Source of the DNA: a virus
Taxonomy: Duplodnaviria; Caudoviricetes
Strand: one strand, 5' to 3'
IMG/VR virus record: IMGVR_UViG_3300042298_000319
Span: 1,486-65,485 of that record
DNA length: 64,000 nt
Position numbers and translations under genes: made by a program. Within the stretch, counting starts at the first letter, position 1; each line of letters starts with the position of its first letter. Below are positions 45,555 to 54,627 of this stretch, one piece after another. Under the pieces are notes generated by a model, which made no database searches, was not told the origin of the DNA, and saw only the letters and a program-made list of their open reading frames with translations.

Positions 45555-45778
45555 TTTTCACCAATTCTCTTGATTGCCCTGCCTGACCAGAAAACACTAA
45601 ACGGTTCATGTTGGAACACGCGCTTCTCCAGACTCAAGTCTTTAGCGCCTTGATAAAAACTATTCGGTGACATTGTCTTGACTAGCCGGATAGCGTCATC
45701 TATGTGTGTTCTATCTTTTGTAGCCACGTATCTTTCGTAACCACGAACCAGACAATCACGATACTTCTGTTCTAGCAT
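45551..45778 (-). CDS. Hypothetical protein
   Basis: AGGAG RBS. Confidence 0.6.
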   Translation of the reverse strand: MLEQKYRDCLVRGYERYVATKDRTHIDDAIRLVKTMSPNSFYQGAKDLSLEKRVFQHEPFSVFWSGRAIKRIGEK

Positions 45779-45779
45779 C

Positions 45780-46076
45780 TCAGTCTCCTAGTTTTAGTCT
45801 CGTTGAACTCAAGCACACGCCTGTCATCTTGTCGTACATACTGCCCGTCACCGAATCAACAAGTATGTGCTGTATAGAAGTAACAGATGTTTCCCTGTCG
45901 TATACCTCGATCTCGAACGGTATAAATACGCGCTCTAGGTCTCCGAGGATATCACTACTAACTACCCTCTTGATACCGATTATTTTATTTTTCTTCGTGT
46001 GCTTCTTTATCAGAAACGCCATATCAACTTCTTTGATGCAGCCGTTGCTGTATCGAATTTTTCTTTCTTCAGTCAC
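45780..46076 (-). CDS. Hypothetical protein
   Basis: GTG start overlapping the upstream stop; D.VTGSMY...TG.C.SS C-terminus. Confidence 0.55.
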   Translation of the reverse strand: MTEERKIRYSNGCIKEVDMAFLIKKHTKKNKIIGIKRVVSSDILGDLERVFIPFEIEVYDRETSVTSIQHILVDSVTGSMYDKMTGVCLSSTRLKLGD

Positions 46077-46273
46077 GCGTTCTTCTCCATCTCTTTCCCT
46101 GCTTCCACGCCCATCTTGTAAGCGTCTTCCCAGCCATTGACATTGACTGTTGCCGCGTCCCAACCACGCGAAAACGCCTCCCAATGCGAGGACTTCTTGA
46201 TCGTATCCCAATCGTATTCGACGTAGCGATTGGATTCTTGCATCCACATAAGCCATGCTTCTTCTTTGGTCAT
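46073..46273 (-). CDS. Hypothetical protein
   Basis: GGAGG RBS. Confidence 0.6.
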   Translation of the reverse strand: MTKEEAWLMWMQESNRYVEYDWDTIKKSSHWEAFSRGWDAATVNVNGWEDAYKMGVEAGKEMEKNA

Positions 46274-46500
46274 GTGTTCTCCTCCTTGTACTGCCTCAAT
46301 TTATTTTTCTTCCAAAGCATATCGTCCAGCAACTCATAAAATCTTTTCAGCCGATCTTCTGCGCCTTTACTCTGCTCCATCGCTTGCTCAACTTCTTCAG
46401 TCGTCAGCCCAACCCACTCTTTCTTGACCACAACACCTTCGTCCACTCTGTCATCGTAAGCAGCGCAGCCTCGCTCGTAACAGTCTTTGTTCAGAATCAT
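46270..46500 (-). CDS. Hypothetical protein (WVGLT.EE motif)
   Basis: GAGG RBS, ATGA overlap. Confidence 0.6.
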   Translation of the reverse strand: MILNKDCYERGCAAYDDRVDEGVVVKKEWVGLTTEEVEQAMEQSKGAEDRLKRFYELLDDMLWKKNKLRQYKEENT

Positions 46501-46703
46501 GGCGCACCTCTCTCGCGGATAGCGAACGCGCAACTTACCCAAGACGCATCGACTCGTTCACCTTCAGCCTCACACACCTTCGCACACGCCTCGCGCTCTG
46601 CTGCTGCGACTAATTTTGCGAAACTTCTTAAAGCGTAGTGCTGATCTTTTGATGGATATGGCAAAAACTCTCTTATCAATTTACTCAATTCTTCATCAGT
46701 CAT
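46497..46703 (-). CDS. Hypothetical protein (AEREACAKVC...AIRERG family)
   Basis: Recognisable small-protein motif; coupled ORF. Confidence 0.65.
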   Translation of the reverse strand: MTDEELSKLIREFLPYPSKDQHYALRSFAKLVAAAEREACAKVCEAEGERVDASWVSCAFAIRERGAP

Positions 46704-46918
46704 GGCGCACCTCTCTCCCTTATCGCTGCGGCTATCGCCAACGTGCCATAGCCCTCTATGCCCATCTGTTCAACCAACGTAGCTATCGCTTCACGGTCTG
46801 CTGAAGTGATAAGACGCGCAAGCGCCTCCAAACTGTTGACCGATTCTTTTACGTTGCCCTCGTATCTGTGAAACTGAAATCCTGCCTCGTGTGCCATCCT
46901 GATCAAATCTTCGCGCAC
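46700..46918 (-). CDS. Hypothetical protein, paralog of 46497
   Basis: Same AIRERGAP C-terminus. Confidence 0.65.
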   Translation of the reverse strand: MREDLIRMAHEAGFQFHRYEGNVKESVNSLEALARLITSADREAIATLVEQMGIEGYGTLAIAAAIRERGAP

Positions 46919-46963
46919 TTTGTTCTCCCGATCAAGAAATAAATATTAATCAAACTTTACAAA

Positions 46964-47236
46964 TCAATAGTCGTCCTCGATAAAATAACTCGGTACGCGA
47001 TCTTCTATGCGACGCCGTATCTCAACTTTTGTTTTGTTGATCTTTGCTACATCGGGTTTGGTGTACAGCCCACGCGCATCTGGCTTTATCTTTTCAGTCA
47101 CTGGTTTCAAATAGAGTTCTTCCATCGTATAAAAACTTTCTTTGCAACCTGTACAACGGCGCTGTCTTCGTATCCCCTTTTCTGTTTTTATTGTATTGAC
47201 GACACATGATCTTTTATCACCGCATTGGCAAAACAT
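46964..47236 (-). CDS. Zn-ribbon protein (NrdR N-terminal-like)
   Basis: CQCG....VVNT.....IRRQRRCTGC...FYT.E. Confidence 0.7.
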   Translation of the reverse strand: MFCQCGDKRSCVVNTIKTEKGIRRQRRCTGCKESFYTMEELYLKPVTEKIKPDARGLYTKPDVAKINKTKVEIRRRIEDRVPSYFIEDDY

Positions 47237-47257
47237 AATTAAGCACCTTGAATAGAC

Positions 47258-47293
47258 AAAAAAATAGCGATTCAGGTCACCCTGAACCGCTAT
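47258..47293 (-). terminator. Intrinsic terminator whose stem contains the TTCAG-N6-CTGAA palindrome
   Basis: Minus strand ATAGCGGTTCAGG-GTGA-CCTGAATCGCTAT-TTTTTT. Confidence 0.7.
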
Positions 47294-47300
47294 ATAAAAG

Positions 47301-47807
47301 TTAAATGTGTTGCGCGAGAATCTCACGCTCCAAGTACCACTTCGCTTTACGTAGGTCTTCTACGCGATTACCTTTGTGGTCGGCTCGTGTAATGTACTTC
47401 ACCACGTTGCCCAAGTTATAGTTGAGCTGCTTGGCCTCGATGAAGTCAATCGTCTCAATCCCTCCTGTGGTGTAGTGCGGTGGGTTGTTAACAAAGTCCA
47501 CATTCGAATTACCAAACTCGTAGTGCGTAACTTGCGGCACGTCTCCCGAACCCCGCATACGCGTCTTGTAACGTGGTGTAGTATCCACTGATGAGGATGG
47601 GATCAACCTCGGATTCGGCTGTACTACATACTTCGCCAACGGCGAACCCGCTGCGATTAGATCGACTACCTTATCCTTCAACGTCTTTCGCACGTAATAC
47701 ACATTAGCGATGTTAACGCCCAAAGCTGTTGCAATATCTTTTGGTATCGCGTTTGGGTGCTTCTTCATGTATGCGCGAATACGCTTTGCGTCAGTTCTTT
47801 TAGCCAT
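47301..47807 (-). CDS. HTH-like domain fused to DUF3310 (SaV/T7 gp1.7-like) domain
   Basis: VNNPPHY..GGIETIDFI...GNVVKY..R...K...EDL.KA.WYL; N-terminal PKDIATALGV..A.VY. Confidence 0.8.
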   Translation of the reverse strand: MAKRTDAKRIRAYMKKHPNAIPKDIATALGVNIANVYYVRKTLKDKVVDLIAAGSPLAKYVVQPNPRLIPSSSVDTTPRYKTRMRGSGDVPQVTHYEFGNSNVDFVNNPPHYTTGGIETIDFIEAKQLNYNLGNVVKYITRADHKGNRVEDLRKAKWYLEREILAQHI

Positions 47808-47808
47808 C

Positions 47809-48015
47809 TTAGTTTCCCTCTCGGTTGTGTTTAAATAAATAGTCATCACGATACTCGGATGGTGGTGTCCATCCATGCTTACGCCAGACTGCTTGCACGT
47901 TCGCCCCCGGCTTCCACTTAAAGTCATCTATCAGACGACTATGTTTTGGCTGAGAGCGAAAGATTCCTGCTTCGGGTACGACCATGTAGTCATCCCCCAC
48001 GACTCTGAATTTCAT
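47809..48015 (-). CDS. Hypothetical protein
   Basis: F.W.PGA.VQ.VWRKHGW.PPSE. Confidence 0.65.
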   Translation of the reverse strand: MKFRVVGDDYMVVPEAGIFRSQPKHSRLIDDFKWKPGANVQAVWRKHGWTPPSEYRDDYLFKHNREGN

Positions 48016-48292
48016 GGTTTATTAACTCCTCTAGTTGTGAGACGTTAGTCTCGTTAATCAACAAAGCAATGCCACCGCACTTGCGTATGTCCTCTAAGTT
48101 TTTTAGTTGAAGCGCAGTTGGCTTGCCGCCGTTGGCTTTGTACTCAACAGCGACAAACCACCCACGATAACAACCAACGTCATCAGGTACACCGCTTCGA
48201 CCATACCCACCAGAGAACGGAGGAAAGTGATACATCCCCATCTTGGTAAGTATGGCTCGGCCTTGCTTCTTAACTTTAGCTTCGGGTGTCAC
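47990..48292 (-). CDS. VRR-NUC domain nuclease
   Basis: TPEAKVK, GVPD, VEYKA, PTALQ. Confidence 0.88.
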   Translation of the reverse strand: MTPEAKVKKQGRAILTKMGMYHFPPFSGGYGRSGVPDDVGCYRGWFVAVEYKANGGKPTALQLKNLEDIRKCGGIALLINETNVSQLEELINHEIQSRGG

Positions 48293-48647
48293 CTTTTAAC
48301 TCTTCCAGTTGTGTTTCCGTCAAAATTACCACCATGTATCGCTTGGATAATTGCCAGCCGATAGTCTCAAACCCTTCGAACGGAAGCATTGAATACAACA
48401 TGATTGCAAACGATGGGTTATCATGCTCAGTCAACGTATCGTCAATTAACAGTTCAGGTTTGGCTGAAGCCTTAATCATCGACAGCTTCAGCGCAAGAAA
48501 GTCAGGCAACGTGTCCGACGTAAACTTTCGTACAAAATTATCTCCAACGAACACGGTATGTATATCCCCTTCCTGATAAATAGGAACGCGATAATACTTC
48601 TGACTCTCGTCCTCTACATTAGCTGTAAGCGGCGATAAGTACATCAT
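48276..48647 (-). CDS. Hypothetical protein
   Basis: ATGA-coupled. Confidence 0.65.
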   Translation of the reverse strand: MMYLSPLTANVEDESQKYYRVPIYQEGDIHTVFVGDNFVRKFTSDTLPDFLALKLSMIKASAKPELLIDDTLTEHDNPSFAIMLYSMLPFEGFETIGWQLSKRYMVVILTETQLEELKGDTRS

Positions 48648-49597
48648 ACAAGGAACAACCATCTAGGCTTGGCCGGAAAGAAATCATGACGCCATCCGTC
48701 AGTATCTACTCTGTAGAGACCTAACTCCTCGTTGTAACTATCACGGCCTAACGGAAAGAACTGCTCCTCGCCAACGAACCTCATGTCTGGGTCATCCTTT
48801 TGTCCAAGTACTTTGTACATAGCCAAGCGAGAGGCGAAGTCTGGGTCATCCATGAATCTATCAACGCGCTCACACTTGACTGCTACAGGTCTAGCATCGT
48901 CTACACGATAGTCCTCATCAAGTTTGATGCCAATGTTTATCTCACCTTTGAGGAACGTATCTGTGCTGTCGTACATGAGAAACTTTACTGGTTTGTCAAA
49001 CACTTCTTTGACTATATTTAGTTTTTCCTCTCTAGTCTTATCGACCTTATCGTAATCGTCAAGAATTTTCTTAAATTTCTCCATTGATTCTAACGATAGA
49101 TTCTCCAAAGGCTGATAGCCAAAAGCTACCTTCAACAAACGATGCAGAGACTCGCCGTTCAGAGGATTATGTTTACCCACATTCTTTTGTTTTGCCAACA
49201 CGATATTAACTAGATCGTAAAAGTGATTAAGTTTGACAAACACCTCTAACGAATCATTGGGCAACAGGTGATACTTTTCTATGTTACGCATCAGTACAGA
49301 CACTTTCGCGGCAGCATAGGTCATCCTGTCCTCTGTCGTACGCCCGCGCTCCTTCGGTGTAATTACTGTGCGGAAAGTGTATTGCCCATCACGATTAAAA
49401 CCAGCAATACCCAATACCATGCCCTCGTTGTTTGCTATGTAGAAACAGTTGTTCTCGTCGTCTACAGACCAGTTGGATTGTTTTATCCCTATCACATGCA
49501 GCTTGTACTTATGAACAATCTCACGAACCAGCGGGTATGCTTTCGTCATGATGATTTGCGATTCAGCTATACGTGAACTCATAATTGGATGGATCAT
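48644..49597 (-). CDS. Hypothetical protein
   Basis: 317-aa ORF with RBS. Confidence 0.7.
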   Translation of the reverse strand: MIHPIMSSRIAESQIIMTKAYPLVREIVHKYKLHVIGIKQSNWSVDDENNCFYIANNEGMVLGIAGFNRDGQYTFRTVITPKERGRTTEDRMTYAAAKVSVLMRNIEKYHLLPNDSLEVFVKLNHFYDLVNIVLAKQKNVGKHNPLNGESLHRLLKVAFGYQPLENLSLESMEKFKKILDDYDKVDKTREEKLNIVKEVFDKPVKFLMYDSTDTFLKGEINIGIKLDEDYRVDDARPVAVKCERVDRFMDDPDFASRLAMYKVLGQKDDPDMRFVGEEQFFPLGRDSYNEELGLYRVDTDGWRHDFFPAKPRWLFLV

Positions 49598-49598
49598 G

Positions 49599-50846
49599 TT
49601 ATTCCCCTTCGATGATTAGTTTCTTACCGCTTGGTGGTACAAAGCGGCTGTTGCCTTTCACAAGCCACAGCGTATCGACTGTCGCCGCCCATTGGATGTT
49701 GTCCTCAAGGTAACCGTCAGTCAGTATCACCGCGCAGTCTGGTGTGAGTTTGTTCTTGATGATGTACTCCGATACACAGGAAGCCCGTGTACCACCGCCG
49801 CCTTGTGGCTTAAGTAGCTTTCGGATGTTGTCGTAGTCATCAGTAAACACTTGCTCCCCATGCACATGCGTATCCCACCACAGCACACGTACCTTCTCTG
49901 GCCTACAAGTCTCACACGCAGCAGCAATCTGTACTGCTACCGCAGCCAAATCTGCGTCACCTATCGAGCCTGAAGTATCCACAGCGAACAGCACTTCTGT
50001 GATGGTCTCAGACTCAACGCTTGGCGCAAGAATGTCATTGGCAAGCAAACTGCGATTGAACCTACGCCACGTTAGTTCATCTGCGCCACGTACCGATGTC
50101 TTGACGTAATCCTGCAACTCCTTACGCCAATCGACAGGGGATACCAGAGACTCCTCTAGCTCTCGCGGCATCTTAGTTCCAAGCCGACCAGCAAGCATCC
50201 CGCCCTCGCGCAACGCTTTGCCGATCTTCTCTTCTAACTCTTTCATCTCTTCCGGTGTCTTACCCTCCGTACCTTGTGCGTCATGTTCGTCGGAGCCTTC
50301 GGTTGAATGTGTCTTACCGTTAACTACGACTTCACCCTTCCCTGAACCGTTAGATTGTCCGCTACCGTCCGGCTGTGTCCGGCTTTGTCCGCTACTGTCC
50401 GGCGGTGGTGGGTTCTGCTTCTTGAGATCGTTGTATATCTCACGCACAGACCAGCCATCGTAGTGAGGATCAAAGATGCCCCCCTCCGGTAGCTTGCATA
50501 GCTTCTTGTCATTCAGTCTGTTGATGATGTTGTTGACCACGATGTCCATTGCCACGTTAGCCAGCAAGCGGTTCTCATCCATCAAATCCTTGTGTCGAGG
50601 AATGTGCATCAACGCTACATGTAAATTCTCATGCAGAATCAACCCGCGTAGTTCTTCGTCACTCAGCTTCTCAATGAACTTGGCTGAATACTTCTTGTTG
50701 AGCCCATCGGTGTACGCAGTAAACATCTCGTCTGATACATGAGATTCACCTGCCATGATCACGCCTGAGTACAACGCCGTCTCTGGATGTCGCATCAATG
50801 CGATATGATTCTTTTTCATCCTCTCTTCTGGTGTGATGCTAATCAT
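49599..50846 (-). CDS. Metallopeptidase-like plus VWA domain protein (DUF2201-like)
   Basis: TAYTDG, HENLH, DTSGS MIDAS, GGGGT, LTDGY. Confidence 0.88.
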   Translation of the reverse strand: MISITPEERMKKNHIALMRHPETALYSGVIMAGESHVSDEMFTAYTDGLNKKYSAKFIEKLSDEELRGLILHENLHVALMHIPRHKDLMDENRLLANVAMDIVVNNIINRLNDKKLCKLPEGGIFDPHYDGWSVREIYNDLKKQNPPPPDSSGQSRTQPDGSGQSNGSGKGEVVVNGKTHSTEGSDEHDAQGTEGKTPEEMKELEEKIGKALREGGMLAGRLGTKMPRELEESLVSPVDWRKELQDYVKTSVRGADELTWRRFNRSLLANDILAPSVESETITEVLFAVDTSGSIGDADLAAVAVQIAAACETCRPEKVRVLWWDTHVHGEQVFTDDYDNIRKLLKPQGGGGTRASCVSEYIIKNKLTPDCAVILTDGYLEDNIQWAATVDTLWLVKGNSRFVPPSGKKLIIEGE

Positions 50847-50872
50847 CGGTTCACCCTTTCCTGAACTGTTAA

Positions 50873-52009
50873 TCAAAGATACTTGTAGTTAGTCATCGCC
50901 CATTGCTTGACTGTCTCATTGCCAGCAGCCAGCTTGGTGGTGCGCTTGTTGTCCAACAGCATCGTAAAGAAAAGACTCTGTAACTCGTCTTGCTTCATAC
51001 GCTGAATGAACTGCATAAAGCTAGACAAATCATCCTGCGTTTGAATCTCATCGACTGCATTGATCATCGTCATGCACAAAGCCGCAATGTCCTCTGGAAG
51101 AATAATTCCCATTGGGTCTTTGATAATTTCTCTGACCGGTGTTACTTGAGACTCCATGTCGATGAACACAGACAACAGCTTCGCACCCGACAGGCCAATC
51201 GTGCCAGCCAACGCAACATCAGCCGCCGCTTTGCCCCACACGTTGCGGTTCTTGACGATACGGTTGCACTTCGACAACGAACGTGGCGAGATGAACGATA
51301 CCGTCTGCGTAGGCTTAGTCGGGTTGAAGATGAACTCGTTGTTCTCCTGCCCACCATCCATGTAAGAGTTCAACACGCGAGGATTCATAGCAACGAACGC
51401 ACGAATCGTCGAACTGATACCGTTATCACCAGCCCACTTGATCCAACGCCGAGCATCAGGCTTCTCCATACGCATGAGACAAATACGGTTGCCCTGATGC
51501 GCTTGCATCGCGTCACCCACACCATCGCTTGAGTTATTAGATGTAGCAAAGACGATAGACCCAATAGGCAGCGGTCGATCACCTACCATGCGCTCTAACT
51601 TCAGGCGAGTAAACAGCGTACCCATCAGCTTGGGAACCTTGAACACCTCGTCAAGCATGATTACTTTAGGCTTGTCCGAATCTAGCTTGAACAGCGCGCC
51701 GATGTATTGCTCAAGAGACTTCTCAACGTGATTAGGGATAGTGCCAGAGATGTCCATGTAGTCCTTCGATGGGCAATCCACGTAGATGTAGTCATACTTG
51801 TCTGTAGGACAAACGTCTTTAGGGCGACGCCACTTGTCGCCATTGTTCTGAGCAATGAGTTTCAGAATAGATGTCTTACCTACTCCGGGCTCGCTGATAA
51901 TGACAGGCGTGACATGATCGTCTGATTCTTCAGTTGTCTCTGACATTACAGGAATCATCGCAGCGAGCTGCTCGATGTTGACGGTGTCGGTGAAATGAAT
52001 CTTAGCCAT
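50873..52009 (-). CDS. MoxR-like AAA+ ATPase
   Basis: PGVGKT, MLDE, ATSN, SPRS; adjacent to the VWA gene. Confidence 0.85.
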   Translation of the reverse strand: MAKIHFTDTVNIEQLAAMIPVMSETTEESDDHVTPVIISEPGVGKTSILKLIAQNNGDKWRRPKDVCPTDKYDYIYVDCPSKDYMDISGTIPNHVEKSLEQYIGALFKLDSDKPKVIMLDEVFKVPKLMGTLFTRLKLERMVGDRPLPIGSIVFATSNNSSDGVGDAMQAHQGNRICLMRMEKPDARRWIKWAGDNGISSTIRAFVAMNPRVLNSYMDGGQENNEFIFNPTKPTQTVSFISPRSLSKCNRIVKNRNVWGKAAADVALAGTIGLSGAKLLSVFIDMESQVTPVREIIKDPMGIILPEDIAALCMTMINAVDEIQTQDDLSSFMQFIQRMKQDELQSLFFTMLLDNKRTTKLAAGNETVKQWAMTNYKYL

Positions 52010-52038
52010 GATTTGTTTCCTTTCGGGTTGTGAGTTAA

Positions 52039-52944
52039 TTAGATACTACGTGGTGCAAACTTCGACAGGATGTCATCCATCTCGTCTTTTACTTGTGACC
52101 GTACTGCATCTGAATCACGCAACGCTTCTGCATCAACGCCGCGCAACGCTAGGTCAAGCCTAGTTACTGCTTCATCCAACGCTGAATCGTTAGTCAGGTT
52201 GAAGTCTTTGAAGAGACGACAATACTCTTTCGCCTTGTCCACCGTACCCTCGTATATCTTGCGCTTCTTCTGCTTGGTCTCGCCATCGGTCGTTGTTGTC
52301 TCATCGTACCCGCAGCAATGCGCGAGTGACTCCATGACATCAACCAACCTCTCTACCTGATCGTTCAGGATGCCCTGAACTATTGTTTCCGCTTGGCGAC
52401 TGTAATGTGTATTCAAGTCATTAGCCAAGTCCTGCGCTATCGCGCACCGATAGTCGCCCACCGGAACCTCGCTGGTGTACAGCGTGACCCCGAACTTGTT
52501 ACGCACCTGATCCACCGTCGGGTAGTCATCGCGGTTAAACATATCGCCCTGCGCGAACGCCATGTTCGACACCGTTGTGTTGTAGTTGTTACAGAAGTTG
52601 TCTAAAAGACGCGTGAACTCAATCTCGTGCCAGTCAAACTCCTGCATGAACTTGGGCAACGCTACGTACGGCAGATAGTCCTGCGACTTGTTCCACGGAT
52701 AGGTCGAACGCTGTATCCAGTTGTAGATCGTCTGACGATAGTTCAGCAACGCCTTGTGGTCGACGTTGTTCGCCAGCAAGTTTTTAACGAACCTGCCTGC
52801 ATTCGTATCGGCTTTCTTTGCGGTAGTAACCTCATTGCTGATGGCTCGGTCTTGCTTGGTAGCTGACCAGACGTTGACCTCGACTGCGACCAGAAGGCCG
52901 CTGGTTGCGAGTGACGTGATGTGCTGTGGTTTATTGAGTTCCAT
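52039..52944 (-). CDS. Conserved helical phage protein (DUF3150-like)
   Basis: WSATKQD, TYPW, FNRDDYP, FNLTND. Confidence 0.65.
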   Translation of the reverse strand: MELNKPQHITSLATSGLLVAVEVNVWSATKQDRAISNEVTTAKKADTNAGRFVKNLLANNVDHKALLNYRQTIYNWIQRSTYPWNKSQDYLPYVALPKFMQEFDWHEIEFTRLLDNFCNNYNTTVSNMAFAQGDMFNRDDYPTVDQVRNKFGVTLYTSEVPVGDYRCAIAQDLANDLNTHYSRQAETIVQGILNDQVERLVDVMESLAHCCGYDETTTTDGETKQKKRKIYEGTVDKAKEYCRLFKDFNLTNDSALDEAVTRLDLALRGVDAEALRDSDAVRSQVKDEMDDILSKFAPRSI

Positions 52945-53032
52945 GATGTTTCCTTTCGTTTCGTTGATGAGTGATTCAGGTGACCCTGAACCGTTAACTG
53001 CGTTGCGTGCTACTTTCCCTTACCACACTATA

Positions 53033-53061
53033 ATTATACTATAACTTGACATATTAGTCAA
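53033..53061 (-). promoter_or_regulatory. Sigma70 promoter with an overlapping palindrome
   Basis: TTGACT-17-TATAAT; ACTTGAC-N6-GTCAAGT covers the -35 box. Confidence 0.85.
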
Positions 53062-53079
53062 GTAGTTTACTCGTGTTTT

Positions 53080-53187
53080 TTAGATGACCCAGAACCATAA
53101 CTGCGGATACGTGTAGGCAACCCAACCACCCAAGCACGTAAGCGCAGCTGGCGCAGCCGCCAGAGCAAGCAGAAGCCAGTTACCCAC
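53080..53187 (-). CDS. 35-aa hydrophobic peptide (absent from ORF track)
   Basis: GGAGG RBS; MGNWLLLALAAAPAALTCLGGWVAYTYPQLWFWVI. Confidence 0.5.
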   Translation of the reverse strand: MGNWLLLALAAAPAALTCLGGWVAYTYPQLWFWVI

Positions 53188-53410
53188 GGCGCTTGCCTCC
53201 CCTGACGCTAAAGATTTTGTCGCCATCCTCATCCAGCACCGCATAGCCACTTTCGGTCAGCTCAATAGCCCAATCCCTACGCGCTATGCGGTCGAGCATG
53301 TACATAATCTTATGCCTAAAAATCTTTTTACTGACGTGTTGTGCTACTACCACACAGCCAAGTACTATCGTTGCTATCTCGTAGAAGTTATCCATCTCAT
53401 AGTTCTCCAT
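53180..53410 (-). CDS. Small membrane protein
   Basis: One TM helix; early operon. Confidence 0.55.
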   Translation of the reverse strand: MENYEMDNFYEIATIVLGCVVVAQHVSKKIFRHKIMYMLDRIARRDWAIELTESGYAVLDEDGDKIFSVRGGKRRG

Positions 53411-53747
53411 GCGTTTCTTTAAAAGTGGTTGCTTCGCTTCCAGTATCCCCCTCGGCTACCTGATCCGCAGTCAAGTTGGCTATCTGCACCAGCTTCTCCT
53501 CCACCTGCTCGTCGGTCAGCCAGCCGATCACGTCACCCTCTGAACAGACATCTTTCGGGTAGATAAGTACGTAGTTACCCCCCTCCCCCTCGAACCGGAT
53601 AACGCCTAGCTCCCACAGACCCTCGTCGCCTCCGTAGGTAAACTCACCCCTGACAACAGACGCACCAGCCCCGTTGGGGAAGCGGTAAAGTTTCTGTACA
53701 GACGTAGGCTCATGCTTGATCACCACGTCGTAAGGTCTTATATCCAT
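53397..53747 (-). CDS. Conserved early phage protein
   Basis: YRFPNG.GASVV...YGG..GLWEL.V...DVIGWLT. Confidence 0.75.
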   Translation of the reverse strand: MDIRPYDVVIKHEPTSVQKLYRFPNGAGASVVRGEFTYGGDEGLWELGVIRFEGEGGNYVLIYPKDVCSEGDVIGWLTDEQVEEKLVQIANLTADQVAEGDTGSEATTFKETHGEL

Positions 53748-53866
53748 CCCATCCTCCCTTTGGTCTTGACGATCAACGCCAGCCAGAATTCTCTCGCCTG
53801 ACGGTCATGGTCTATTCCCCGGAGAACGCGCTTGGCATCGCGTATTACTTTCTTATATCGTTTCAT
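53738..53866 (-). CDS. 42-aa basic protein (absent from ORF track)
   Basis: GGAGG RBS, ATGA overlap; MKRYKKVIRDAKRVLRG... Confidence 0.55.
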   Translation of the reverse strand: MKRYKKVIRDAKRVLRGIDHDRQAREFWLALIVKTKGRMGWI

Positions 53867-54030
53867 TTCAGCCCTCCCTGAAGAGTTACTTTCCTCACGG
53901 CTGCATCAGCCGACGCTGCGCGTACGAACGCCGCTGTCCATGCCTTCGGATGCCAGCCGCACGTACCTAGTTGCCCTTGTGGGCGAACACACCACTCGCC
54001 ATTGCGTAGTTGAATAGCTTCTAGTTTCAT
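53863..54030 (-). CDS. 55-aa protein (absent from ORF track)
   Basis: ATGA overlaps at both ends; MKLEAIQLRNGEWCVRP... Confidence 0.55.
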   Translation of the reverse strand: MKLEAIQLRNGEWCVRPQGQLGTCGWHPKAWTAAFVRAASADAAVRKVTLQGGLK

Positions 54031-54239
54031 TTCACCAGCCCTCCCTTGTTGTTCAACCCCTTCAAGTCAGCCAAGTCTGTGACCAACACGTAATTGCTCT
54101 TGTGCATCGGTGCGATGGTGCGCTTGATCCCCCGTGCCGCTTGCTCTCCGCATGGTTTACAAGTCTTTGCCCCGATAGCCCACCTAGCTAGGGCGTACTC
54201 CGCCCCGCACAACATGCACTCTGGAACGTAATCTTCCAT
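54027..54239 (-). CDS. C4 zinc-finger protein (DksA/TraR-like finger)
   Basis: CMLCG......R......CKPC; GGAGGGG RBS. Confidence 0.65.
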   Translation of the reverse strand: MEDYVPECMLCGAEYALARWAIGAKTCKPCGEQAARGIKRTIAPMHKSNYVLVTDLADLKGLNNKGGLVK

Positions 54240-54258
54240 GTCACCCCTCCCTGAACTG

Positions 54259-54627
54259 TTAATCAATGTGTATGCTTCGACTGAGTCTGAGTCTGCCGCC
54301 GCATAACCCTGCCTCGTAATGCTCCACATCGTCGTAACTCTCGCCCACACGCATAAACTCGTAGCCGTACTTGCTGTCGTGATGCTCCGCGCAGAACGTC
54401 TCCTGAAAGTCAGTAAAGAGTTTCTCTAGCCGACGTATGGATGGATAGTCTGGATACCACTTCCATTGCTCCGCAGTAAACACCACCTCGGTATCATGGA
54501 ACTCAAAGTAATCTATCTCATCGTCGTGTATGTGTTGCTTTAGCCACGTAGTCATGATTGCGCCCGCGCCCTTGTCATCGGGTTTGCTGGTGTACATGAT
54601 GCACGTCACGTCAGAACGGTAGCCCAT
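54259..54627 (-). CDS. Conserved early phage protein
   Basis: MGYRSDV...KWY..Y...F.RVGE..DD.E. Confidence 0.7.
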   Translation of the reverse strand: MGYRSDVTCIMYTSKPDDKGAGAIMTTWLKQHIHDDEIDYFEFHDTEVVFTAEQWKWYPDYPSIRRLEKLFTDFQETFCAEHHDSKYGYEFMRVGESYDDVEHYEAGLCGGRLRLSRSIHID

